A stretch of 64,000 nt of DNA. It comes from Camelus ferus (taxonomy: Eukaryota). The position numbers were made by a program, and so were the translations under genes. Under the pieces are notes generated by a model. The model did no database searches and was not told the DNA's origin. It saw only the letters and a list, made by a program, of their open reading frames with translations. The DNA lies in the NCBI RefSeq assembly GCF_009834535.1, contig NC_045697.1:44580001-44644000 (forward strand). Direction: 5' to 3'. The stretch's first letter is position 1; each line of letters opens with the position of its first letter. Of the stretch, positions 12,016-24,760 are shown one piece after another.

Positions 12016-13393
12016 ACCATGTACTTTAAAATAACTACATGGTACCTCACCATATGTTTGTATCATAATTTATTGACTCAGACCTAAATTTAAGTTGTTT
12101 CTAAATTATTGCTGTTGTTGGTGACATAGTGAATGGGATCTTCAGGTAAATTTTTGAAAACAATCCCCAGAAGTTGTAATTGCTGAATTAAAACGTTGGT
12201 AGATTTTAAGGCCTTTGACATGAATTACTAAATTGATTTCTAAAATGATTGTATTACCTTATACAGTTGCCAGTGGGCTATGAGAATGCACTTTTCTAAC
12301 ATTGGGTCATTTTTTTAAAAGAATTTTGACAATTTGATAAGCAAGATAATGCTTTCTTTCCTTAGCTCATATTTCTTTAATTACCAATGGAGGAAATACA
12401 TTTTTATGTGTTTATGATCTCTCTTTATGTCTACATATATATGTGTATGCAGACACACATACATGTATAGTATGCAGGTGTGCCTAAGTGTGTAAATTGC
12501 CTACTACGTCCTTTGCTCAAATTTTTTTGGCATATTGAAACTTTTCTATATTGTGTAATGCAAATATATTTTCCAGTTTGTCATTTGCCTTTTAATTTTG
12601 TGCATAGAGTCTTTTGATGTATTCAGTCAAATTTGATAGTTGTTTCTTTTATGGTTTCTGTTATGCATGGGAAGGCCTTCCCCAACTCTAGGGAAGAGGA
12701 ACTTTGATGGGAGGTGGAATCATCTGTGGGGGTGGGGGTGGTGGGGGGAAGGCAAAAGGGAATAGACAGAAAGGCTGATTAAGCCTGCGGCTAACTCCAG
12801 AATCCTGACAAAGGCTCTGGAATTGTGTCTTCTACCTTCTTAATTTTACAGATGAAGAAGCAGAGGTCCGGGGAGAATAAGAAATCAGATTGAAGTAGCA
12901 GATTACAAAGTCTCCTAATAACAGCGTTATCCATAAAGGGATATATTACGTTTTTATGAAAAATAATTAATTTAGTGTGGGTGAAAAGCAAAAAAATAAA
13001 AGCCTTTTGTGTTCTTTCCTGTATTCTTATGTTGATCACAACGTTGAAATAAAGAATTTAAAATGCCCCTGAAAGCTGATTACATCTTTACATGTAGAAT
13101 TGATGGTTCTAATTTCTTTTTATTGATTGTGTAGCGTTTTATAAAAGCTGTATGGATGTTATGGTGCTTACCCAAAGCAAACTCACTGCAGCAATCATCA
13201 TCCATCTGTAATTGTTAACAGTGTCTACAAATTAAACGGGAGCTACTTGAAACTGGAGAGGAAGAACAGGCTGTGTAGTATGTAGTATATGGTAGTTTGT
13301 CTCACTGGCTCAAGGAGTAGAAACAAACAGCAAATAATGGAATATTCCAGAAGCACGCTTTGCATCCATGAGGTGGAATATTAACTAATCTCT

Positions 13394-13580
13394 GAGACTG
13401 CCAGATTTAGCAAATAAAAATAAGGACACCCATTTAAATTTAAGTTTCAGATCAACAGTGAATAATTTTATAGTAAGTATGTCCCACAGAATGCATGGGA
13501 CATACTTAACTAAAAAACTATTCACTGTTGATCTGAAATTCAAATTTAATGAGGCATCCTGCATTTTATCTGGCAGCCCT
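13394..13580. mobile_element. MER53 palindromic hAT MITE
   Basis: Termini ctgccagatttagcaaataaaaat...cattttatctggcagccct. Internal perfect inverted repeats at 13445-13464/13519-13538 and 13474-13486/13496-13508. Confidence 0.88.
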
Positions 13581-13754
13581 TGCAAGTGGGATCTTTTGTT
13601 ACACATATTGAAATTCTAAACCCATTGCACACGTTGTATGGGTTTGTTCTTTGTCATGCCTATTACATTAATTGAATGAACAAGGTACTTTCAAGGAAAA
13701 GTCCACCAAGAATCTCACATTGATGTGAAAATTAGCAATAAGAATCAGAGACAT

Positions 13755-14174
13755 TGTATTAATTTCCAAGGGCAGCCATAACAAAATACCACAAACTGGT
13801 GGCTCAAAATAACAGAAATTGGAAGCCTGAAATCAAGGTGTCAGCAGGGCGCGCTCCCTCTGAAATCTGGAGGGGAGCCCTCTTCCTAGCTTCTGGTGGT
13901 TTGCCGATAATCCTTGGTGCTCCTTGGTTTGCAGCTTCAGCACTTAATCTCTGCCTACGTCATCACTTGGCATTCTCCTGTGTATCTCTGTCATCACGTG
14001 GCATTTTCCTCCTGTAAGGACACCAGTCATATTGGGTTAGGACCCACCCTAATGAATTCATCTTAATCTGATTACATCTGTAGAGACCCTATTTTCAAAT
14101 AAGGTCATATTCACAGGTCCTAGGGGTTAGGACTTTAACATATCTTTTAGGGAGACACAATTCAACCTGTAAGA
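13755..14174 (-). mobile_element. MaLR MLT1B/C-like solo LTR
   Basis: tgtattaatttccaagggcagccataacaaaataccacaaactgg...taaggacaccagtcatattgggttaggacccaccct...gacacaattcaacc. Confidence 0.85.
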
Positions 14175-17100
14175 AATGTGATCACCTAATATCTTTGGTA
14201 ACGTATAAAACATTGAAAGTGACTAACGTAGTCATTTTACTCTGCTAATTCCAAGTACAGATACCGATTGGGCAATCAGCTCCTATTCAATTGTTCTCTA
14301 TTGGTTTTCATTTTTAAAAGAATAATTAGAAATTTTTATGTTGGATCCTTGAATTTAGACTTTCACTTTTGGCCAGCAACCCAAACTTGATGTTAGAAGG
14401 AGGAAGCTCTGGGGCCTGCAGAAATTTCTGTTTCCCTGAACATAAGGTGAAATGTTCTTTTAAAGGAAAATGAGAGTTATTGCTGTGGACTCTCAGATGT
14501 GATAGTCAAGTGGAGACCCCCCCTGCAGTCCCAGAGGGGCCCCTCATAACCACTTTAGTGACTTCAAGTACAATTGTCCCGGAAAGGGGTGGGGGGAGAG
14601 GTTATAAAACCTTCAGGAACTTTTGCTTTCAAACTTATAGAACGTTTTTATTTTAACATGGTTTAGAGGAGTGTTTAGACAACAACCACAAAGTCAGAGC
14701 AACTCCTCAGTGACAGACAGATTGTAAAGGAGAGCCTGAGCCAGCAGCAGAGGTGGCCAAATAACACTTGGGTTTAAGTTATGATATCAGTGACGCAGGG
14801 GATAGTTCATCAAAGGCTTGACCAGTTTAAATTTCTAATTAAGAGTAAGTCAAGGAAAGGAGAGCATTTTAATGTTTTTTTTTTTTTTTGGAAAGATGAT
14901 ATGACAGCATTAAAGAAAAATTTGAAAAAATTAAAAACTTACCCTAATCTCAGAAACCTGACACAAATATGTTCATTTCTGTGACTTTCCACTCCTTTTG
15001 TAGCACAGTGACACACCATTTTAAAGTTGGTGTTTTCCTATGACAAAGTAAAGCATATTTTTGTAAATAAAAAATATTTCCTTCTTTGAAGATAGAGACC
15101 ATCTGACTTTAAAAGATATCTCCAACTTGGGTCTATTATGTAAAAAGACTACGATAAAAATGTTAAGAGATAGTTTGATGTGATAAATAAGGCTGGTTTG
15201 TCATGATAGGGGCTTTGGTTGTCCTTGGAGAGAGCTGCAGATGGAGTGTCTTAAGTGCATATTTGTGATTCAGGTTTACAGATGTTTCATCCTACAAACT
15301 TGAGTATAGATATAAGAAATTACTGTATTTCCTTTGAGTTTTAGCGCTAATTTGGAGTAATGAACTGCTTTTTGAAATGAATGAATCCGATGTGTTAATA
15401 TTTTTCACGATGTATTCTTAGGCAATCTCTGTTAGTCGCTGGCATTGAGTTTCTCTGACATCTTTCACTCTGTAATCAGAGTAATGTATTTTCCTGGCGA
15501 CTCCTGACCCAGTAGGCCTTTAGGTGCTAGGGTATTTCCAAGATAGGAATGGCCTTGACTGGGAGGAGGTAGACTTGCAAAGTGATGGAAGAGCCTGACT
15601 GCGACTGTTCTTGGTCACATTTTAAAGTTGAACCTTTGGTGGACTCAGCCCCCTCCCACCATTCACTTCCTCTGCTTCACCTGTTCTAGTGCCTCAAAGC
15701 TTATATAACCACCCCATTCTGGCTCAGGTTCAGAGCCAGTTCTCACTGAGGCAGGACATGAATGGTGATGGGTCCCTCACTTTCCGCTTAGCACTAGTCA
15801 TTTTCCTCAGCCTGAGATGTGGGTACTGTTGGAGGCCCCTGCCCCACTCCCTGCTTCTCTTTTGTTGTCAGCCTGAGTTTCATGCTTCAGTGCCTACTGG
15901 GTTCCAACACTCTCTTCTCCATCCTGTGTGTGCAGTGACCTGCTCTGGTTGTCAGCTCTGATGCCTGTTAACTTGTCTTGTTCTTGCCAAGCCTTCTCCC
16001 CAGAACCAGAACCCTGTCTCTGCTTCCAGGATAGGTAACATAATCTCTGGTTTTGCCTGGACAAATGTTCTCATGTCATTCTTGAATCTTTCTTGACTCT
16101 AGATTTACAGCTTCTGTTCTCCACCCATGTGCTGAATGCCTCTCGCAATCTTCTCCTGAACTTCCCTAGTGGACCTTTGTTTCAGCCACTGATGTTCTTT
16201 CCATTGTGCCCAGCCCATGTTCCTTTTCAGGCAACCATCTTAACCTGGTTTTGAGGCATATCTGTAGTATCCTTAATCCCCTTCCTTCCTACCTGCCCTG
16301 TGCTCTGGGAAACTCCATCTGTCTGGCACTGAGTTCTGAGATACAAGAAGATGAACTTACTATTATTTCTGAACCATTTTGGATTTTTGTATTCTGATAT
16401 TAGGTCTTCCCAAGCTCCTTCCATTTCTGCATTACCTGTTCAGAATGTGTTTGAGACAGCTTATACCACGTGCTCAAAAAGCGTTTGTTGATTGACAAGT
16501 GCATAAATGATTGATTAAATGAATGAACAACACTTTGAAGTTTCAGGTTAAAAATCCAAAGCTTAGGTAAGATATTAGCCAGAGGTCACTCACTCACAGT
16601 AGGTCATAGAAGAGCTGGGATTCAAAACCAGTTCTGCTTGGCTTCAGTGCTCGTAGGAAAACATCAAAAGTGACAGCTAGTTGATGTAGTGGAAGAAATA
16701 CTCATAATTTGCTCCCTACCTAGGGAGCGTTTCAATAGTTGAAGACGAAACATTGATGGGTTTTAACCTTTTTACATGGCTTCTTGATTTATTGATTGCA
16801 TCTTGGAATGTTGACTGTGAACTATTGTACTGCTTCAGTGCCTGATTGTGTGGGAGAAATGGCAATTGCTTCGTGTGTGAGTGACCCAGGCAGTGTTCTT
16901 CCATGCTCTTCCACGGCAGTGAAAGTAGAGGGTACTCTTGAGAGACCCCTGGGAGGAGAAAAGCAACAAATATGAATTTGAGACTTGATTTGTCCTATGG
17001 TTATGTTGCAATGCGAGCCGAACATACACCCCAAACAATGGGTCTGACATTTTGTGGTCATTATCTCAGGGCAGACCTGGAACAGGGATGTTTTCCCTTT

Positions 17101-17231
17101 TCCTGGGAAGGCCTTAGGAAGGTATGGGTAGGCTCTTACATAAGCCCCAGTGCTTGAGATACTCTATTCAGAGGCTCTTAATCTGTTCTCTGTGTGTGTG
17201 TGTGTGTGTGTGGTTTTATTTTGTTTTGTTT

Positions 17232-17602
17232 TTTGGGGGGTACCGTGGATTTTTCTGGCAGTCAGAAGAATGTTTTTGAATGCATAAAATGAAATATATA
17301 GGCTTACATGTATATGTAACAATTTGTATTGAAATCCAGTTATCACAATATAGCAGGTCTAGTGAACACTGTAATTTTGAAGTAGTGATGGGAATAACTG
17401 AGATGGCAAAAAGTCAGCAACAATGTGATGTGGTAGGAGAACAGCTGGGATTTCTGTTGGTGGCAGATTCCTAGATGTTGCTAATATTACTGTGGTTTGT
17501 GCTCTGTATTATAATGGAAGGAAACCTAACTTAGAGTTTTGTGGGGAAAAAAAGGTAATTATTTCCAACCCAAGTTCACAGTGCCCTGTTGAAGAACCCC
17601 TT
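17232..17602. mobile_element. hAT-Charlie-type DNA transposon remnant
   Basis: gaatgtttttgaatgcataaaatgaaatatatagg...atttccaacccaagttcacag...gttgaagaacccct. Subfamily not assigned. Confidence 0.55.
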
Positions 17603-18279
17603 CTCTTTGGGTAAGAGGACAGACTGGCTGTGGAGTACCGCTGCAAATCCAGTCACCCAGGCCCCCTCGTGAGTGGCAGGGGGATCCATGAGGCAATTAC
17701 CCCGTGACAGTCGAGCCCAGATTCCTCACTTCATCTCTTTATGCATCACCTTCTTCTGTGTCACTGAATGAGATATGCTGGCTCCATCTTTATCCAAAGG
17801 TTAAATGTAGTGATCTATGTCAAATAAAATATGTCACATGCCTTCAGGCCCTTAGAAGCAAAGTCAATATTTAGTAGGTGTAATTTCATCTAGACAGATG
17901 TAGGGAAAATTAAATGGGAGAGATTAGTTTTCATTATTCATGGTTCTATCTTTACCCAGTTTTTTTTTTCTTTGATGCCCTTCCTAATAAATATTTTCCT
18001 CATGATAATCATTCCCAGGATCCTAATGAAAACAAATTTGGATTAGTCTCATTTCCTCCTTTAGTAAAATGTGGTTTGTTATCATATTATTATTAATAAT
18101 TAAAAATTTTATTTGTTAATTGAAAGACACTGAAAAACAACAACACAAAAAGCCAAAAAAAGGGAAGAATCACTTTCAGTTCCTCAACTATCTGGGGGAG
18201 CTACATAAAGAAAGAAATGAAAGTCATCCTGTTCTCTATACCTACTCCACAAGATAAACACAGTCAATAGTGTGCGTTT

Positions 18280-18390
18280 ATTTTACTTTATTTTATTTTA
18301 TTATTATTTTTAATGGAGGTACTGGGGATTGAACCCAGGACCTCACGCATGCTAACATGCACTCTACCACTAAGCCATACCCACTCCCGC
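18280..18390 (-). mobile_element. tRNA-Ala-derived SINE (Vic-1-like)
   Basis: atggaggtactggggattgaacccaggacctcacgcatgctaacatgcactctaccactaagccatacc. TSD caatagtgtg at 18265-18274 and 18391-18400. Confidence 0.88.
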
Positions 18391-18439
18391 CAATAGTGTG
18401 GATTTTAAACAATTTTTTTCAACTTTTTCCAGCCTGGTA

Positions 18440-18441
<2 letters not shown>

Positions 18442-18476
<35 letters not shown>

Positions 18477-18543
18477 GTGGTTTTGTATATGTGTGCTTGT
18501 GTGTGCATTTGTGTTTGTATCTTCATGTATGTGTATGTGTGTG
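18442..18543. repeat. (TG)n microsatellite with degenerate extension
   Basis: Pure TG run at about 18442-18472, followed by degenerate TG-rich sequence. Confidence 0.9.
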
Positions 18544-18559
18544 TACTTTATTGATCATT

Positions 18560-19545
18560 GTAATCAACTGTGGTAACTCTAATGCTTTCTATCTGGCATG
18601 CTTTTCCATACCCTTTCTTTGGTGAGATGAGTGTGTTTAAGAGGTGGCACTTCTATTCCACGTGGTCCTTGGGGCTGGTCACGGAGCACTGCTTTCCCCT
18701 GACACAGGGGTGAGAATTAAGACCTGAGTCTGGCTGGCTATAGGGATTGATTAGTCAGGAACAGGGATTTGTAGGATATTAATCTAGGTTGGTTCACTGA
18801 ACAGTCTTTCAACACCTGCTTCCATTGCTCTCCTTTGCTATTTTTCTAAATAATGCTAAAATTTCTCAGATACCTTTGCAGTGGGTGTGGGCACGTGACA
18901 CTATTCAACCAGCAAAAAGTAAACAAAAAGTCTACAGAGGGTTTTGGGGAAGACTTTGCTTTCCTGACATAGATGCTGCTTCTTTCTTCTCAGCCTTTCC
19001 CCGAGATGTGTTGGCTTGAGCAATGGTTGCCACCTTGGGACCACAATGAAGACGGAGAAAACTGTGTGGCTGTGAATGAAGGCCAGCAGCTGCCGACTCT
19101 GGGGATTTACTGTGGTGTGAGGGGAAAACCCCCAACTCTTATGTGTTGAAGCTAATATTCATTGGGTTTTCTGTCACTTGCCTCTAAACGCAAACCCTGA
19201 CTAATTTGACATGTGTCTCAAGCTGGAGCTATCAGTCCGCCTTTGGACTTTTCTGTGGGAACTGAAGGAGAAGACAGCCTCTTTCCCTGTGGTTGCTCTG
19301 TTGGGTGAATGGGAGTCTGGGCTTCCAGGGGACACTTCAGCTACCCTGGGGAAAGGGTTTATCTGAGGAACAAAACGAGGGTTGGACAAGACCAGGAGAA
19401 TCAGGCAGGCCTGATGCATTGTTTGAGTTCCCGGATGCAGTCTTGTCTAAAGCCGGAAGCTCTAGATTTATAATATTTCCTTCTTGCCCTGTGTGATTTT
19501 TAGTTAATGTTTCTCCCACTTGCAGTCAACAGACTTCTGACTAAT
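18560..19545 (+). mobile_element. Old MaLR MLT1-type LTR fragments
   Basis: ttgccaccttgggaccacaatgaag, gggttttctgtcacttgc and gtttgagttcccggatgcagtcttgtctaaagcc motifs. Confidence 0.55.
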
Positions 19546-20549
19546 TGGGCCTACAAGTGTTTCATTCTCCTACACTCACATACATGCCTCCATTCCACAG
19601 AGATGCCCGTGGTTAGTTTAATATGTGTTTTCCAAGATATTTGTGAGATACACACACACAATGCATATATACACATATGTAGTTTTTATTTAAATATAAA
19701 TGGCATTGTACTTTGTGTATTTTTATGCATGTTAGCAACACATTTGAATATCTTTCCTTTTTAGCATATATAGATCTATCTCTTTTTAACAGGTGCTTAA
19801 TATGTCATGGAATGGTTTTACCAAAAGTTTGTTTAATACCATTTCTCTTGGTGGACATTGAGATTATTTTCCTATTTCTCTGACTACAAACAAGACTACT
19901 GTGAACTTTCTTGCAAGAAATCCTTTCACAAATGTTCAAGTATTTTCTAGGATGCATTTTTACAAGTAGAATCGAGGGTGTCAAAGGATTTATATGTTCT
20001 GAGATTTTAATAGATTCTGAGCAATTTATTTGCACAAAATTGTGTTAATTTTCACTCCCACTTATCCCCATATATAATAAGTTAATTTAAAAAATGTTGT
20101 GAAGCCAATAGTTAAAAAACTGTCCCATTGTTTTGATTACATTTTCCTGGTTATTGATCAAGTTGAGCTTATTTAAAAATATTTACTGACCATTTATAGT
20201 TATTTTGTGAATTGCTTTTTCACATTCTTTGCACATTTTTTTCTATGAGTTTGTTTGCCTTTCTCTTTATTACTTTGTAGGACCCCTTTGCGTATTAAGG
20301 GATATATTAATTTTTTAATGGCTATGAGCATTGCAAATGATTTCTTCTAGGCATTTTTTGGGAGGTGTCTTTTATTTTACACTTTGGAAAAATTAGGCCT
20401 AACATGGGTTTTCAGAGTTGTATAATTTTGAGCAATTTATTATACTGGCACCAGTGCAGGTGTTCCACTTGTGTATTTTGTATCAGTAAGTATTAATTGA
20501 TTATTTCCTATGTTCAAGAGTAGTTTTTAATTAGCATTAAAGTTTAAGC

Positions 20550-21470
20550 TAATTTTGTTATTATGGTAAAATATACATAACATAAAATTTACCATTTGAA
20601 CCATTTTTAAGTATACGGTTCAGTGGCATTAAGCACATTTACAATGTTGTGCAAACATCAACATCCATCTCCAGAACTTTTTCATCATCCCAAATTGAAA
20701 TTCTGTATCCATTAACAGTAACTCCCTCTTCCCCTAGCCGCTGACAACCACCATTCTTCTTCTGTCTCTATGATTTTGACTACTCTGGGTAACTCATATA
20801 AGTGGAATCAGACCATATTTGTTTTTTTTGTGACTAGCTCATTTTACTTAGCATTATGTCTTTAAGTTGATTCATGTTGTAGCATATGCCATCATTTCCT
20901 TCCTTTTCAAGGCTGAATGATATTCCATTGTTTCACCACAAAAACAAAAAGATAACTATGCGAGGTGATGGGTGTGTTAATTAACTTGATTATGGTAATC
21001 CTTTCATTATATATATATCTCAAATCACCACATTGTACACTTAAATGTATAGAGTTTTATCTGTCAGTTATACTTCAGTAAACCTGGGAAAGAAAGCACT
21101 AATTAATGATACATACATAAAAATATTCCATTGTGTATATATACCATATTTTGTTTATCCATTCATCTCTTGATGGACAGTTGGGTTGCTTCCACCTTTT
21201 GGCTACTGGGAATAATGCTGTTATGAGTATCAGTGTACAGATATCTGTCTGAGTCTCTGCCTTCAGTTCTTTTGAGTCTTATACCTAGAAGTGGGATTGC
21301 TGGATCAGATGGTAATTCTATGTTTAATTTTTTGAGGAACCACCATACTTTCCACAGCATTTTCACATTCCTACCAGCAAAGCACAAGAGTTCTAATTTC
21401 TCCACATCCTCATTAACACTTGTTATTTTTTTAAAAAATAATAGCCATCCTAAGGGTTGTGAGGTAGTAT
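20550..21470 (-). mobile_element. L1MA/MB-type 3' region, interrupted
   Basis: ORF 21163-21405 (MEKLELLCFAGRNVK...FLKKLNIELPSDPAIPLLGI) is ORF2p. The L1 3'UTR begins at about 20550. Confidence 0.88.
20932..21122 (+). mobile_element. L1 3' terminus nested in the opposite-strand L1
   Basis: gataactatgcgaggtgatggg...ctgtcagttatacttcagtaaacctggg followed by an A-rich tail. TSD atattccattgt at 20920-20931 and 21123-21134. Confidence 0.85.
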
Positions 21471-24400
21471 TTTACAGAATTTTTTAATCAGCATTTTCTA
21501 CATACAAAGTGTAGTAATCAGTTGTGAAGAAAATTACAAGTAATTTTTTTAAAACTCAAAAGTACTGAAGTTGGTAAATGGTTTAGCTTAAAAAACTAGA
21601 GTGGATTTAACATAATTTCTTTAATAACATCAGCTTCATCTATTTGCATTCCAGTTATGCTTTCCTGAGTGGAAGAGTAAAGGGTAGACGTATATTTCGT
21701 GTGCCAGGAATTAAGTGTAACATGTGCACTCAGTAATATGAACATGTCCATTTTATGTATATGTGAATATCTTGCCAGATGTTAGTGAAGGAGATGAATA
21801 AAACAAGGTTCCTTATAATCTGTTGTATGTTTACAGATGTGGGGAAATGTCTTTGTTACTAATGCTGTTAATGGAATTTGATATAATAAAATGGCTAGTT
21901 ATTTCCAAGATATAGAAAGACATTTGTATTGGATGTAAGTTTTTATATCCCTTCTCCGAGTTCTTGAATCAACTGTTTCTTCTGAAGGAGCCATCTTCCT
22001 CCTGATTCTGGTCTGTCTGCTGGTTCCCTTGCTTTCTGGAGTCTGAGTTGAGGCCCTGGATCCGTCTGGCATGAACTTGCTGAGCCCCAGCTTGCATGAA
22101 ATTAGCCCATTACTTCTGCATCGGGGCACTCAGGGCACAGAATCCATCCTCCTGAGTGGGTACTGGGGGCTGGGTGGTGGGCTCCGAGAAACCTTGATCA
22201 AGGGGTCCTAGAGATAGTAGTGAACTGGGCAAATAATCTCTCCTCCTTTTTTCCTGCCCTGGACTGCTGCAGGATGCTTACTTCTTTAGTCGGTTACTGA
22301 GAAGCCCCAAGTGCCAGGTGAACACCAGCTGAGTGAGCCATTGTGTCTCTGCAGACTGTTATGGGGTGGTCGGTGGCTTGCAACTTCCAAATAAAGTATC
22401 AGCACTTTAATCCTTACTGAAAGTTCTGCTTCCTAGAGGATTTGGGCTGACATCACTCAATGTATATTTTTCATCTTGTCTCTTTGGAGGGCTGATGAAG
22501 CTGATTCAAAAATGAGCTCACTTTATGTAACTTCTTTTTGCTTGCTCATCATTTTATAGTCCTAGTAAGAAATGCGTGACCACTGCATACTATTAGTGGG
22601 CAAACATGCGGTGTAATTTCAGGCATGTCAACCCTGTCTGACACCACCTAATGATTTTTGATGTGCAAAGGCTAATGTCACCTGGAGGGGCTCTAATAGT
22701 GAGCAATTCCTTTATCAATAATGGATAGAACTAGTCAGTGCCAAGGTCCAAATTGTTGGGTAAATTGGGCCCAAGTCCCTGGTGGTCACTGGTATTTCTC
22801 CGTGATTATCTGAGAATAGTTTCACTTACTGGATGAACAGAAAGCTGCGCAGGTTATTTATGAATATTTCCTAAGGGATATCCTTTGCCTGGTAGCGAAT
22901 GCCTGGGTTTGGGTAGGAACTGGTAGAATGCTACGACTTGTGTGTTGAAATAATCTTTAGTTAAAGAAATCGTCAAACACCTGCATCTTTATATTACACA
23001 GAAAGAAGCTAAGGCATACACACAAGCCAAATAATACAAGAATCTCTTTTGGTTGGCAGCTGAAGACAAAGCTTTTTTTTGCTCAAATCTTTGACTGTGG
23101 TGTTCATGATATTCAAGGTATTTTCCAACCTTAAGGATCCTTTGGGGGTTTTACCTGAGTCAGGAAAATCTCAGAAAAAGGAATAAAGCATTTTCCTCAA
23201 GAGTAAACACTCCTGAATTTGTCTCAGAAAAATGTGGGTTGCTCGCTAGCAGAGCATTCTTTTTTCAGGCAGGGTTAATAGTCATTAATGTTTTATTTAT
23301 AATATTAGCTGGAGAATAATGCTGAGATTTCTGTTGCTTCAGAAATCTGCCTGAGGAATCAAAGAGAGAGGATCCTTGACTTTCCTGGGAAAGAGACTGT
23401 TTATTGTAGCTGAAGGAGGCTTAGGAAGACCTCTGGGGTGCTTTGGGCCTGCCTCACTTTCCAGGCTGCTCGTGAAATGGTCTTATTGCCGCCTTGTTTC
23501 TACTCCTTCCCCAACCCCACTCTAGTTAGATTACATATTGGAGAAATGCGTGTTTAAGTGCAATTCAATATCTAGAATTTTATTGTTAAAAACATGTAGT
23601 CATCCTCCAATCAACTTGCAGTGTGGGAATAAAGCAAGGGAATCCCCAAACTGACACAGATTGTTCAAGTATTTTTAATAGTCCTGATTAGAGTTTGGGA
23701 TTTTATTCCTATTGCCTGTCAAAACACAAATCTACCTCCTGTGGTGCTTAGCATAATGTTTGGTTTTCTTATTTATCAATTAATGACTTTTATGTTTACC
23801 TTATTAGAAAATTTCTTTTTGAAGAGAGTGATAGCTGTGTATTTATTGGTAGTTAAGATGTTGAACTTGACTCTAGATCTGCTTCCTCCCAGGAAATAGA
23901 TTCTAACTATGTGTTTATTCTTCTGTGTTATTTGAGGTAGTTTTCATTAACAAAGCTACCCTTTGCTCAATTCCAGTAGTTGTTTTTAAGTGATTTCTTT
24001 ATACTTTTTTTCTTCTGTGACTCTTGAAGAATGCTGTGTCCCTACTGTGAAATGTCACTCAGCTGTTAGCATGGATCATTGAGGACACAGTCCTAGAAGA
24101 GTTCAACAGGGGATTTAAAGGGAGGAGAGTCCACGTAGACACAGTATCAACTCTGTCCTCATTTCCTCTTGTATTTCATCCAGTGAACTCCCCATAGTAT
24201 TTCCATCCTTCTCTGATACTACCATGGCTTTTATGTATTTGTGTCCTGGCTACCCTTTTTTGCTCCAATTGTGGACAGTTACTAACCCCACCAAGAACCT
24301 ACTCTTTTTAGGAGATCCAAAGAAAGATGTTATTCCCTTGTTTCTTTCTTTCTTTTTTTTTTTGTCCTCAAGGAGATGAACATAAGAATTATTTGTCATA

Positions 24401-24545
24401 GCACAAAATTGTAAATAATGTTAAAGTCCATTATTGGGGGAAAATTAAATAAACCAATTTAGCCATACACTGAAATACTGTATGTGAATTTTTTAGAAAG
24501 GATGGAGTAAATCTATATATACAAACATGATCACCTACAATTTTT

Positions 24546-24760
24546 TTTACAGTTTTCAGTTATATTAGTTAAAATTAATACAATTTGACTGCACGTATAC
24601 AATATATTTTATGCAAATACATATATACAATATACTGCATATATTTTTAAAAATTTACAGATATGTACTGTTCATTGTTTCTAAGAACAGTTTAAAGCTT
24701 TAGCTTTTTAAACTTACATAGTTATCAAAGGAATAAAGCCAACCACAAAATAAGAATCAA
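24546..24760 (-). pseudogene. Probable 5'-truncated processed retrocopy (3'UTR-like) of an unidentified transcript
   Basis: T8 run at 24541-24548, then AU-rich sequence I do not recognise as a repeat. Flanked by gatcacctacaattttt (24529-24545) and gatcatcttcaattttt (24761-24777), 15/17 identical. It interrupts L1ME-like sequence. Confidence 0.65.

Noticed and set aside
21838..21934. Possible exon (tttacag|...|gtaagt)
   Set aside because: All three frames contain stops, and splice-like motifs are frequent by chance.
21899..22129. Minus-strand peptide MAPSEETVDSRTRRRDIK with a superficial APOBEC1 N-terminus resemblance
   Set aside because: The similarity is limited to a few residues, the ORF stops soon after, and there are no deaminase motifs or supporting exons.
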